NCBI GenBank assembly: GCA_963663865.1
Contig: OY760686.1
Coordinates: 2,912,001-2,976,000, forward strand
From: Spirochaetota bacterium
Lineage (GTDB): Bacteria; Spirochaetota; UBA4802; UBA5550
Length of the DNA stretch: 64,000 nucleotides
Direction: 5' to 3'
Of this stretch, positions 8,736 through 18,100 are shown piece by piece (positions within the stretch are counted from its first letter, which is position 1; the number at the start of each line of letters is the position of its first letter). The notes below the pieces were generated by a model, which worked only from the letters and a program-made list of their open reading frames with translations, made no database searches and was not told the origin of the DNA. A program made the position numbers and the translations under genes.

Positions 8736-9962
8736 ATGACAGCAGGACGCATAAGCGCATTCTTTTCCATACTTACGGCTTTCTTGCTTATATCCGGTAG
8801 CTGCAAAACGCTTCCGTCAAACACAAGGGCTACACGGAACCTGACTGTCGCCATCCTTACTGAAAATGAACAGCTAATTCGTCAGGCCATGATTGAGGGA
8901 GCCGATATTGACGCCCGCACACCGGACGGCCGGACACATCTTCACGCTGCCGCAACCTGCGAGAATCCCGACATAGCGCTTCTTCTTATCAAGCTTGGTT
9001 GCAGTAAAAACGAGCGCGACAGAGACGGCAACACGCCTCTGCACTACGCGATAATGAACAACCGTCTTCATACAGCGGAGGTCCTCATTGACAGGGCGGG
9101 AGGCATAGACCTCCGGAACAACGAAGGCAGAACACCGCTCCACACAGCGGTGCTGTCACTGCCCGGCATCTCGAAAGAGACCCCGTCAGCCGTTCCGGTA
9201 AAAGGAAACATCACTTCACATTTCGGTCTGAGAAAGTCGCCTTTCGGTGAAGAGTACGAGTTCCACGGAGGTCTCGACATCTCATCGCCTGAGGGTGCTC
9301 CTGTGAAGGCAGCCGCTGCGGGCAGGGTCGCAAAGGCAGGCTGGTTCGGAGGTTACGGATTAACAGTGATTATCTCGCACAGGTTCGGATTCGAAACAAT
9401 GTACGGGCATTGCCGTTCCATAAGGGTAAGCCAGGGGGCCAGCGTTGAGAAGGGGCAGATTATCGCAAGTGTGGGCAGCACCGGCAACACGACCGGCAGC
9501 CACTGCCACTACGAAATCAGGCTTAACGGCAGCCCTATAAACCCCTATCCCTACCTGAACACGAGCGTGGGTGAAAAGCCTAACGACATCTACTCAATTA
9601 CAAGGCTTCTCCTTTCAAAGAAAGCAGTAGTAAACTCGCGGGACAGCCAGAAAAGAACGCCTCTTCACGACGCGGTTCTACGCGATATCGGTACAGCCAG
9701 GCTCCTCGTCAACACCGGGGCTGACGTAAACGCGTGTGACAGCACGGGCCAGACTCCTCTGCACAACGCCGCTGCCGCAGGACCTGAAATAACGTCATAT
9801 CTGCTTGAACAGGGCGCGGACCCCTCCGCCAAGACAACCGCGGATATCTGTTCCATTTCAGGCATGCTTTTCCCGGCGGGCACAACCCCAGGCGACGTAG
9901 CGCTCAGGACAGGTCAGACAGAGAGCTACCGGATTCTTCTCAGGGCCATCTCTTCCCGATAA
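8736..9962 (+). CDS. Lipoprotein with ankyrin repeats and an inserted M23 peptidase domain
   Basis: AGGAGG SD; lipobox-like LLISGSC; GRTHLH/GNTPLH/GRTPLH/KRTPLH/GQTPLH ankyrin repeats; M23 motifs HGGLD, YGH, HCHYE. Confidence 0.88.
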   Translation: MTAGRISAFFSILTAFLLISGSCKTLPSNTRATRNLTVAILTENEQLIRQAMIEGADIDARTPDGRTHLHAAATCENPDIALLLIKLGCSKNERDRDGNTPLHYAIMNNRLHTAEVLIDRAGGIDLRNNEGRTPLHTAVLSLPGISKETPSAVPVKGNITSHFGLRKSPFGEEYEFHGGLDISSPEGAPVKAAAAGRVAKAGWFGGYGLTVIISHRFGFETMYGHCRSIRVSQGASVEKGQIIASVGSTGNTTGSHCHYEIRLNGSPINPYPYLNTSVGEKPNDIYSITRLLLSKKAVVNSRDSQKRTPLHDAVLRDIGTARLLVNTGADVNACDSTGQTPLHNAAAAGPEITSYLLEQGADPSAKTTADICSISGMLFPAGTTPGDVALRTGQTESYRILLRAISSR

Positions 9963-10058
9963 CCCTAATCCTCGCAAAAAAAGTACTCAACTTATAACCA
10001 ACAGGGGCCGAACAGGACAACAGGCCGTTCTTCTGTCCTGACGGCTCCGGAGGGTGCG

Positions 10059-10955
10059 ATGAACAGTATAACGCCCACAATTGAAGAGCTGTGTTCCGGC
10101 TTCGGATCCCCTTTCGGCGTGCCTGACTCCGCGCGCGGAAGCGGTATGCTTCAATATCTCATTCTCAGGTCACAGAACATTCATCCTTTCTCTCCGAATT
10201 TCGGGAAATTCGCTACTGAGCCCGCCGCGGCAGAGATAACTGGGCCCCATCCCCCCCCCGATTTCAAAAAAGCCGAAAAAACAGAAAATCATCATATAAA
10301 ACACGAAGCGCCGCGCCCGGAAACAAGGCTTTCAGCCGCGAAACAGGCCCTCCATGAGCTCGCCAGACTAACCGAGCTGCAGATAAACGAACCCCTGTGC
10401 CATCTTGAACGCATTTCCTGTTATACCGAGCTTCTGGCCCGCGGGCTCGCTGAGCGCAAAGGCTTCACCCGCTACCTCACCGAGTCGTACATACGCGATC
10501 TTGCCATGAGCAGCGTTCTTCACGACGTCGGGAAGGCCGCGGTACCAAAGGACATTTTACTCAAACCGGACAGGCTAAGCGCAGCTGAATTCGAAGCCCT
10601 GAAAAGGCACACGACAATGGGCCGTGATATTATCGACGCGGCATCGCGCATGGTCCCAAGAAGCGCTTATCTTAAAATGGGACGTGGAATAGCTCTTTCA
10701 CATCACGAAAGGTGGGACGGTTCCGGGTATCCCAGAGGACTGCGCGGCAGAAGGATTCCGCTGTCGGCCCGCATTGTCGCGGCGGCTGACGTCTACGACG
10801 CGCTCACAAGCAGGCGTCCCTACAAGTGCGCGTTTTCACACGAGGCGGCCCGCGATTACATAATCAGCAGAGCGGGGTCGCACTTTGACTCAGAGGTTGT
10901 GCGTGCTTTCTCAAGTGTCAGCTCCGCCTTTGAGAGTTTCAGGGAATCACTGTAA
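10059..10955 (+). CDS. HD-GYP cyclic-dinucleotide phosphodiesterase without a recognisable sensor domain
   Basis: HLERI, LHDVGK, HHERWDGSGYPRGL, ARIVAAADVYDALTSRRPYK. Confidence 0.92.
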   Translation: MNSITPTIEELCSGFGSPFGVPDSARGSGMLQYLILRSQNIHPFSPNFGKFATEPAAAEITGPHPPPDFKKAEKTENHHIKHEAPRPETRLSAAKQALHELARLTELQINEPLCHLERISCYTELLARGLAERKGFTRYLTESYIRDLAMSSVLHDVGKAAVPKDILLKPDRLSAAEFEALKRHTTMGRDIIDAASRMVPRSAYLKMGRGIALSHHERWDGSGYPRGLRGRRIPLSARIVAAADVYDALTSRRPYKCAFSHEAARDYIISRAGSHFDSEVVRAFSSVSSAFESFRESL

Positions 10956-11143
10956 CAGCTTCTTCTTTACTTTTGTGATTGACATTATAATAACACCTTA
11001 TGTACAAATGCATCAGGATTTGTCTTCCAACCATGCACGACGGCACAGCAATGCTCTTAAGGTCTCCAGGCAGAACTGACCGTATAGGCTGCGAAACCCG
11101 TTGCAGGGTTCAGCCGTGAAATAAAATATCCGGATGGGGTGTT

Positions 11144-11662
11144 ATGAGATACGCGTTATTGCTTCTTGCGATTACAATCGCTTCTTCTCCTGTACTGTCT
11201 TCAGAAACTGACCAGAGCATTTCCGGCGATAACGCAAAAGCAGAAAACCGGCTCTCAAAACCCGACCACTCGCTGGGCTTTTCTACAGGATTTTCAATCG
11301 GTGTTGGTCCCACTTACCGTTACTGGCCTGGAAAATTTGGCGGCCAGATCACCTTTTTACCCTATATCGACAAAGACTATTTCTTATACTCTACGGCCAT
11401 AACCGGATTTGTCTCCTGGAAAGAAACAAGAATCACCAGATTCTTTTCATACGCCAGCATCCATTCATTCAACATTGATGATGATGATTATACCTGGAAA
11501 GACGGCCCGCATTCTTTCATTTCGGGAATAGGTATAGGAATTGAGTTTTTCTCGGATGAGAGCCTCTCGCTCAGCATTATGGGAGGATTTGCCGGATACA
11601 GAATTGATGACAAGGTGGAATTTTTTCCAACATATGACATGTCAGTAATGTACCTTTTTTAG
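11144..11662 (+). CDS. Small outer-membrane beta-barrel-like protein, paralogue 1
   Basis: Signal peptide, amphipathic beta strands, C-terminal YLF. Confidence 0.75.
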   Translation: MRYALLLLAITIASSPVLSSETDQSISGDNAKAENRLSKPDHSLGFSTGFSIGVGPTYRYWPGKFGGQITFLPYIDKDYFLYSTAITGFVSWKETRITRFFSYASIHSFNIDDDDYTWKDGPHSFISGIGIGIEFFSDESLSLSIMGGFAGYRIDDKVEFFPTYDMSVMYLF

Positions 11663-11778
11663 TTGCCTCATCACAAAGATGCAGTTATAAATAAAGTTGA
11701 TGCTTTTTTTTCTGAAATGAATAAGCCCTTTCGAGGCATAAGACTATGTTCAGTCATCATAAACTACCGGGGAACAAC

Positions 11779-12318
11779 ATGAAGAAGCCTGTGAAAATTA
11801 TTCTCTTAATATGCGCCGCCTTTTTATCAACGATGCTTCCGCTTTCTGCCGAAACCGAAACAGTCAAACCGAAGGACGATACCAGGCACGCGCTCGGACT
11901 CGCCGCGGGTCTGACCACTGGCTCAGGCCTCAGCTACCGATACTGGCCCGGGGACTTCGGCTTTCAGGCTACATTTCTGCCCAACACTGCCGCAGGAGAA
12001 CCCTACGTCAATGCAGGAATAACCCTCCTCTACCAGATAAGCAGGAGCCAGATCACCCGATTCTATCTCTATGCCAGCTCAAGACATCTCTTTAAAAAAT
12101 ACGACGAGGACTACTACGACTACGGCTCGGACTGGTACACCACAAAAGACGGCGAGAACTACAAGTATTCCCTCTCAATCGGAGCCGGCCCCGGCATCGA
12201 GATATTCCTGTTCGAAGATATCGGAATAAACCTGATGACCGGCTACGCTGTTCACAACATCAACCGCGACACAGTATTCACTATGACCGTTGAGAGCGCC
12301 GTCTTCTATAACTTCTGA
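11779..12318 (+). CDS. Small outer-membrane beta-barrel-like protein, paralogue 2 (likely start MKKPVK)
   Basis: Signal peptide; GLSYRYWPGDFGFQATFLP versus GPTYRYWPGKFGGQITFLP in the neighbour; C-terminal YNF. Confidence 0.75.
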   Translation: MKKPVKIILLICAAFLSTMLPLSAETETVKPKDDTRHALGLAAGLTTGSGLSYRYWPGDFGFQATFLPNTAAGEPYVNAGITLLYQISRSQITRFYLYASSRHLFKKYDEDYYDYGSDWYTTKDGENYKYSLSIGAGPGIEIFLFEDIGINLMTGYAVHNINRDTVFTMTVESAVFYNF

Positions 12319-12322
12319 CAGG

Positions 12323-12871
12323 CTATTCCCCGTCTTCCACACGGCGTTCAGCGGAGTATTTCATGCTCCGCTTCGTCAGACGGGAAAAGGCTGCCGTTAT
12401 AAGCATTGCGACAAGGCAGCCGAGAACGACGCTGACCATTCTCTCAAAGGCGATATTCCACTGGAAATTTCTGTTGTTCTGAATAAGCACAATTACAAGG
12501 GCGGCAAGCGCCGTCCTTGTCGCGTTTCCCAGCTTCAGAAACGTGCATATCAATATGGTTGTTAAAACCGCCGCTACAAGGCTGATGAGGCCTCCCGATG
12601 GAACAAGCGTGAAGTAGACAAGCCCTACACCTGCTCCGGTGATGTTCGCCTTTATCCTGTCCAGAGAAAGCTTCAGGGAATCCTTCGTCTCAGGGGCCAG
12701 AACAAGCAGGACCGATATTATCGCCCACGAGAACTCATGTTCCGGAAAGAACAGATAGAGAGCATAGCACAGCGAGGCGCCAAGGGCGCACTGAACAAGA
12801 TAGAGGATAAATGTCAGCTTCTTAAGCTCGCAGTAATAATCCCGCCACAGCGATGCCATCAATGACTTCAT
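12323..12871 (-). CDS. FUSC / aromatic acid exporter family membrane protein
   Basis: WAIISVLLVL..SLKLSLDRIKANITGA and IAFERMVSVVLG motifs; multiple TM helices; overlaps the AKR stop by 4 bp. Confidence 0.8.
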   Translation of the reverse strand: MKSLMASLWRDYYCELKKLTFILYLVQCALGASLCYALYLFFPEHEFSWAIISVLLVLAPETKDSLKLSLDRIKANITGAGVGLVYFTLVPSGGLISLVAAVLTTILICTFLKLGNATRTALAALVIVLIQNNRNFQWNIAFERMVSVVLGCLVAMLITAAFSRLTKRSMKYSAERRVEDGE

Positions 12872-13824
12872 TTAACGTACACTTCCCTGAAGCCCGCCGA
12901 CGCTGCGTTGAGTTCCGGCACAAACTCCTTAAACACATCCATCGCGGGAAGCTGCGAGTTTTCGTCTGCCTGCCTTCTGTCGCGCGCTCCGATAATCACC
13001 GCGCCGACTCCCTCAGCGCTCAGCGCCCATGCCGCGGCCGCCTGTGAGGGCCGGCATCCGGCCCTTTCAGACACTTCTCTCAGCTTTGAGACCAGCCTTT
13101 CAGCGGCCTCCCTGTAACTTTCTCTGTAGAACCTGTAAAAAAACGACCTGGCGTCATTCCTGGGAAAATGCGGGGGGCTGGTGTATTTTCCTGTAAGCAT
13201 CCCGCCTCCGAGCGTGCCGTAGACAAGCATCGGAACGCCGTTCCTGATTGACCATGGCAGAATACCTTCGTCAATGCCTCTTTCCAGCAGGGAGTACTGA
13301 TACTGCATGGAGTTAATCGCCGCGTACCGTCCGGATTCCTCTGCCTGCTCAACGCTGTAGTTTGAGAGGCCTATAAACCTTATTTTACCCGCGTCTTTCA
13401 GCCGGGTCATCGCTCCCATAACATCCTCAGCCGGAACGGATGGATCCGGCCAGTGGCACTGATACAGGTCAATGCAGTCTGTTCCCAACCGCCTGAGAGA
13501 AGCCTCCGCCTCGCGGTAAATCGACTCAGGCCTCAGATTATGCCTCATCCCGTTTTCCAGGTCGAGTCCGCATTTAGTGGCAATAAAAACAGAATCCCGC
13601 GTTCCCGAGACGGCCTCACCGACAAGCTCCTCTGCAAGGCCCGACCCGTAGGCGGGGGCCGTGTCAATGGCGTTCACTCCCCTCGCGATTGACTCCCTTA
13701 CTGCCTCAACGGCCTCCCTGCTGTCGCTGCCGCCCCATCCGGAGCCTCCCATTGCCCATGTCCCTAAAATTATCCTGGATACCTCATGAGAATCTTTTTC
13801 ATCAGATATTGTAAAGTATTCCAT
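12868..13824 (-). CDS. Aldo/keto reductase (start placed at the ATG after GGAGG)
   Basis: LGTWAMGG, IDTAPAYG, IATKCG, IDLYQCHWPD, GKIRFIGLSNY. Confidence 0.93.
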   Translation of the reverse strand: MEYFTISDEKDSHEVSRIILGTWAMGGSGWGGSDSREAVEAVRESIARGVNAIDTAPAYGSGLAEELVGEAVSGTRDSVFIATKCGLDLENGMRHNLRPESIYREAEASLRRLGTDCIDLYQCHWPDPSVPAEDVMGAMTRLKDAGKIRFIGLSNYSVEQAEESGRYAAINSMQYQYSLLERGIDEGILPWSIRNGVPMLVYGTLGGGMLTGKYTSPPHFPRNDARSFFYRFYRESYREAAERLVSKLREVSERAGCRPSQAAAAWALSAEGVGAVIIGARDRRQADENSQLPAMDVFKEFVPELNAASAGFREVYVK

Positions 13825-13897
13825 ATTGCCTCCGCGTTTCCGGATAATTTGTAGCGTGTTTATTGTCAACTATGAAGCTCACACAGAAGTCTGTTCT

Positions 13898-14026
13898 GGC
13901 CTCTAAGGGCCTCTCAGCCGTATCTGATTGATCAATCGGACCTATCTCTATCGGGTAGGCCCGTTAAAGATAATTAACGGGGCCCTGTTCGCCCGCTGCA
14001 GCCTTTCCCGCGCGCAAAATGCTGCA
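13898..14026 (+). other. Cluster of abutting hairpins; candidate structured RNA or element end
   Basis: Three stem-loops with no gaps between them (13923-13940, 13941-13959, 13960-13981), plus flanking stems. Confidence 0.4.
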
Positions 14027-14122
14027 AAATATGGTATTTCCAGTATTCTATGAAAAATCAGCCCGGTCCCGGATACCTTTTAAATATGATTGTATTGTTT
14101 TTCCGCGTTGTTAAGTTGAATT

Positions 14123-14461
14123 TTGATACTTTTCAGCGTTTTTTACACACAAGTATGTCAACTCATCATTACATTATGTAATCTTGACATAAATGTATGT
14201 CAACTTAACATAACATTATGTGACCTTTACATTATCGAGTGTCATCATTACATAACAGTATGCGACCTTTACATAATCGTATGTCAACTTTACATAACGT
14301 TATGTGACTTTTACATAATCAAGTGTCATCTTTACATAATGTTATGTGAATTTTACATAATAGAATGTAAACTTTACATAACGGAATGTGACTTTTTGTT
14401 AACTGCATGTCAACTCGACATGATGTTATATGTTCTTTTCATAATCTTATCTGTTATCTGA
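14123..14461 (+). CDS. Possible Cys-heptad repeat peptide (CxLYIxx)13; may be a by-product of the DNA repeat
   Basis: Open frame through the array with Cys every 7 aa, but a TTG start and no SD. Confidence 0.25.
   Translation: MILFSVFYTQVCQLIITLCNLDINVCQLNITLCDLYIIECHHYITVCDLYIIVCQLYITLCDFYIIKCHLYIMLCEFYIIECKLYITECDFLLTACQLDMMLYVLFIILSVI
14135..14449. repeat. Degenerate 21-bp tandem repeat array (13 core units plus 2 degenerate flanks) with internal dyad symmetry
   Basis: Consensus TGT(C/G)ANCTTTACATAANNNTA; no indels across 14156-14428; palindrome ACATAAC|GTTATGT spans the unit junction. Confidence 0.95.
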
Positions 14462-14561
14462 TTTTTTCTCTACTTTTTTCTATTTTTTTTGTCAATTTCC
14501 ATGATAAATAAACACATTAGATGCATGAGTAATAATAAAATTAGGCAAGGAGGTAATTATA

Positions 14562-15059
14562 ATGCGTTCAGGACCCACCTTTCTGTTGACCTTTCTTATT
14601 TTGCTTTTATTATCAAGCTGCGACGGAGGATCTTCAGATGACAATACGCTAAACCCCGCTGAGAGCGCGGACCAGAACCTGCAGAGCGGGTCCATCGAGT
14701 TTGAAAAGATTACAGTCCTTAACCTCGAAGTGATGGATTCAGGATGTTTTGTTTTCAACTCCCGGGCTGAGTGGATTGAATTCACCGAAACCAACGATAT
14801 TTCAGATGATGCTCTTACTAATGTGGACTTTGATTCAAAAACAGTTCTGGCGGTTTTTGCCGGGAGGAAATCATCGGCGGGGTATTCGATTGACATCGTT
14901 TCAGTAACTAAAGCCTCGGGCGAAGCGCAAATTACCGTCTCTTACGAGGAGACCGTCCCGCCCGAAGACGGTATAACCGCCTCTGTTCTGACATACCCGT
15001 GCAGCTTTGTCACTATTTCCAAAACCGACACCCCGGTCATATTTCAGCAATCAGAATAA
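14562..15059 (+). CDS. Lipoprotein with PrcB C-terminal-type domain
   Basis: AAGGAGG SD; lipobox LLSSC; VDFDSKTVLAVFAGRKSSAGYSIDI...VLTYPCSFVTI. Confidence 0.82.
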   Translation: MRSGPTFLLTFLILLLLSSCDGGSSDDNTLNPAESADQNLQSGSIEFEKITVLNLEVMDSGCFVFNSRAEWIEFTETNDISDDALTNVDFDSKTVLAVFAGRKSSAGYSIDIVSVTKASGEAQITVSYEETVPPEDGITASVLTYPCSFVTISKTDTPVIFQQSE

Positions 15060-15073
15060 CATCTTTTCTTATT

Positions 15074-15101
15074 AAAAAAAAAGGGAGCCGCCAGGCTCCC
15101 T
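15074..15101 (-). terminator. Rho-independent terminator of the TolC-RND transcript
   Basis: GGGAGCC/GGCTCCC stem followed by a T9 run on the - strand, just after the RND stop. Confidence 0.8.
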
Positions 15102-15109
15102 CTGATATT

Positions 15110-18100
15110 CTATTTTTCCTTTTTCTTCCGCGTCTTTGCCTGAGCCGGCTTTTCTTCGGGCCCGGGGATAGTTCCCTCTGCGGGAGCAAGCGCCCTGCTC
15201 TTATAAATTTCTCCGTTCAATTTAATGCCGATCTTTGAAAGCAGCCACGCGGCCCCCTTCTTTATGTCCTCGGCTATGTGATAGAAGCAAGGGATAAGTA
15301 CCAGCGTTATAAACGTCGCGAAAAGCAGTCCGTAAGCAAAAGCAAGCGCCAGAGGGAAGACCATGTAGTCCTTTCCGCCGAATCCTATTATTGTCGGAAC
15401 AAGCCCGAGTATGGTTGTACCGGCGGTAAGAATAATAGGCCTCAGCCTTACAACTCCTGCTTCGACTACAGCTGTCTTGATATCCATGCCCTCATCCCGG
15501 AAGCTGTTGATAAACATTACAAGCACCAGGGTGTTGCTGACAATGACGCCTGCAAGGCTGAACATTCCGAGTACGCTCATGAACGACAGTGGCTGTCCGT
15601 GCACCATAAGTCCGAAGACAACACCCACAAGAGCGAAAGGAATTGCAATCATAACGACAATCGGTATAAAAACAGACCTGAAATAAAGGATCAGGGTAAA
15701 CAGTATTACAAGGAGCGCACCCTGGAAAAGCAGTCCGAGCTCGGACATCGACTCGTTTGTGTCCTCCTGCTCTCCGCCGTAGGCTATCTTGTAATCGGGA
15801 TATCTCTTTCCGATGTCGTGAAACTTCTTCTCGAGCAGCTTTGTGACGTCAACAGCGGTAATGACTGACGGATCGACTTCGGCCTGGACCTGAACCAGCC
15901 TGGCAAAGTTCAGCCTGTTTATCTGGGAATAGCTTTTTTTGACGGTGACATCGCTGACTGAATTAAGCCCGATCAGTCCCCCCTTGGAATTGGCAATTTT
16001 TACTTCACTGAGGCTTCTCATTCTTTCGCGGGCGGACTCTTCGAAACGTACCCTTACGCCTACTTCCTCCTCATCTTCACTGACCTTTGTTGCAACTGTT
16101 CCTGAGAATGAAGCATTCAGGGCCTGCGCAATATCAAAAGCAGAAACATCAGTAAGAGCTGCCATTCTCTCATTTACGGAATAGTGATATTCCGTCTTCC
16201 CGTCCTCAAGGTCTATTGTGAGGTCAAATATACCTTTGACGGTTTTAAGATAGTCCATGTACTCCTTCGCTATCTTTTTTATAACCTCGAAGTCCTTTCC
16301 GCGAATCTCAACGTTAACCGGCTTACCAACTGGAGGGCCTCCAAACTCGGCTTCAATTCTGGCGGTAACGTCTTTCGATAGAGTTCCTGACTCCCTGGCT
16401 TCCTTAACCCTCTGCCTCATGATTGAAGCGATCTCGGAAGCTGTCCGCGTCCTGTCCTTCTCGGGACAGAGTCCGAGATAGAAGGTGCTCTTGAATGTTC
16501 CCTTTCCAGGCTTTGGGTCAATAATACCTGAGGCCTCCTCGCCCACGATTGTCTGGAGATACTCAAATTCGTCCTTTGAGGGAATCGACATTGTTATCCG
16601 TTCGAGCTTCTTCATCTCGGTCAGGTTTGTCTCAAGGTTTGTTTCAAAGGGAAGATTGACCCTCATGGTAATCTTCTCCTCGCCGCCCTCGGTCATAAAC
16701 TGAAATCCAAGAACGTTGGCAATCAGTGAAAGAGAAGTAATAAGAAGTAGAAACATTATTGAAACCGTGATATACCTGTGCTTCAGGGAAACCTGCAGCA
16801 GCTTTTTATAGGCACGCTGAACCCTTCCGAAGAAACCGGTTTCAAAGTTATCATCCTCCTGAAGAAGCTCTTTTTTGTTATTGAGCTTGCGCCTGAAAAG
16901 AAAACATATCACCCTCTCGGTGATACTCTGCCCCGGGCATTCTCCGGCTGAACGGCTTGGCTTTCCGAGCATCGAATACAGATAAGTCGGGAGGACAAAG
17001 AAAGCGACGAACCAGGAGGCAATAAGCGATGTTATAAGGACCATCGGAATAGACTTGATAAACTTTCCCATCATGCCGCTGACAAGCAGCAAAGGCATGA
17101 ACGCCGCGATAAGACAGATAAGCGTTACCGTTACTGAGCCAAACATCTCGCTGACGCCCTTCATGACAGCGCTGTGCCTGTCGTGTCCGTGTTCAAGGTA
17201 TCTGTGACTGTTCTCTGTTACAACGATACTGAAGTCGACTATCATTCCAAGCACCATTATCATTCCGAACATACTCAGAATATTGAAGGTCATGCCGTAA
17301 CCCTGCATGACTATAAATTCGCTCATGAATATAATCGGCATGGCGAGCATGACGACACCGGCCATCCTCTTTCCCAGGAAAAAGAGTATAAAGATTCCAA
17401 GAATGAAGAATCCGAGAATCGCGCTGTCAATAACCGTTGAAAGCCTTGTCCGTGTTATTTCGCTCGTGTCCTTAAAATGCTGAATCTCGACATCCTCAAA
17501 GCCCTTAACCGAGTACGTTTCGACAGCCTTTTTGACACGGTCGGCAAGCTCAATCTCATCAGCCTCTCTTTTCTTGAGAAGAGTCAGAACGACCGCTTCC
17601 CTGCCGTTAAACCTGTGATATACGTCAGCCTCTTCATACGTGTCGGTGACCTTTGCTACATCTCCGACTCTGAGGACATATCCAGTGTCGTTTCCCCTTA
17701 TTACCGTGTTGCGTATCTCATCAGCGTTTTTGAACTGCCCCTTTGTTCTGAGAACAAACTCCTTCTTCCCTATCCGGAGCGGTCCTCCAGGGAAGTCGAC
17801 ATTTCTCGTCTGGAGAGTGTTGGCCAGAGTGTTCAGGCCTATCCTGTTCCTTTCGAGCGCTTCAGGCGAGACCTCGACCAGGTATTCTCTGTCGTAGTAG
17901 CCATTCTTCTGAACCTCGGCAACCCCGTCAATATCATAGAAAAAATCCTCGGATATCTTGGCGTACTCCCTTAGCTTCGAGTAGGGAACCTGCTTTCCTT
18001 CCTTCCCTATGAAGGCAAGGGATATCAGCTCTGTGTTATCAAAGTTAATCTCTTCCACAAGCGGAGCTTCGGCACCGGAGGGTAGATTGTCTACAAGCTC

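Noticed and set aside
14135-14449. Array as a CRISPR locus or DGR template
   Set aside because: The period is 21 bp with no unique spacers, there is no cas or reverse transcriptase gene in the window, and there is no paired variable repeat.
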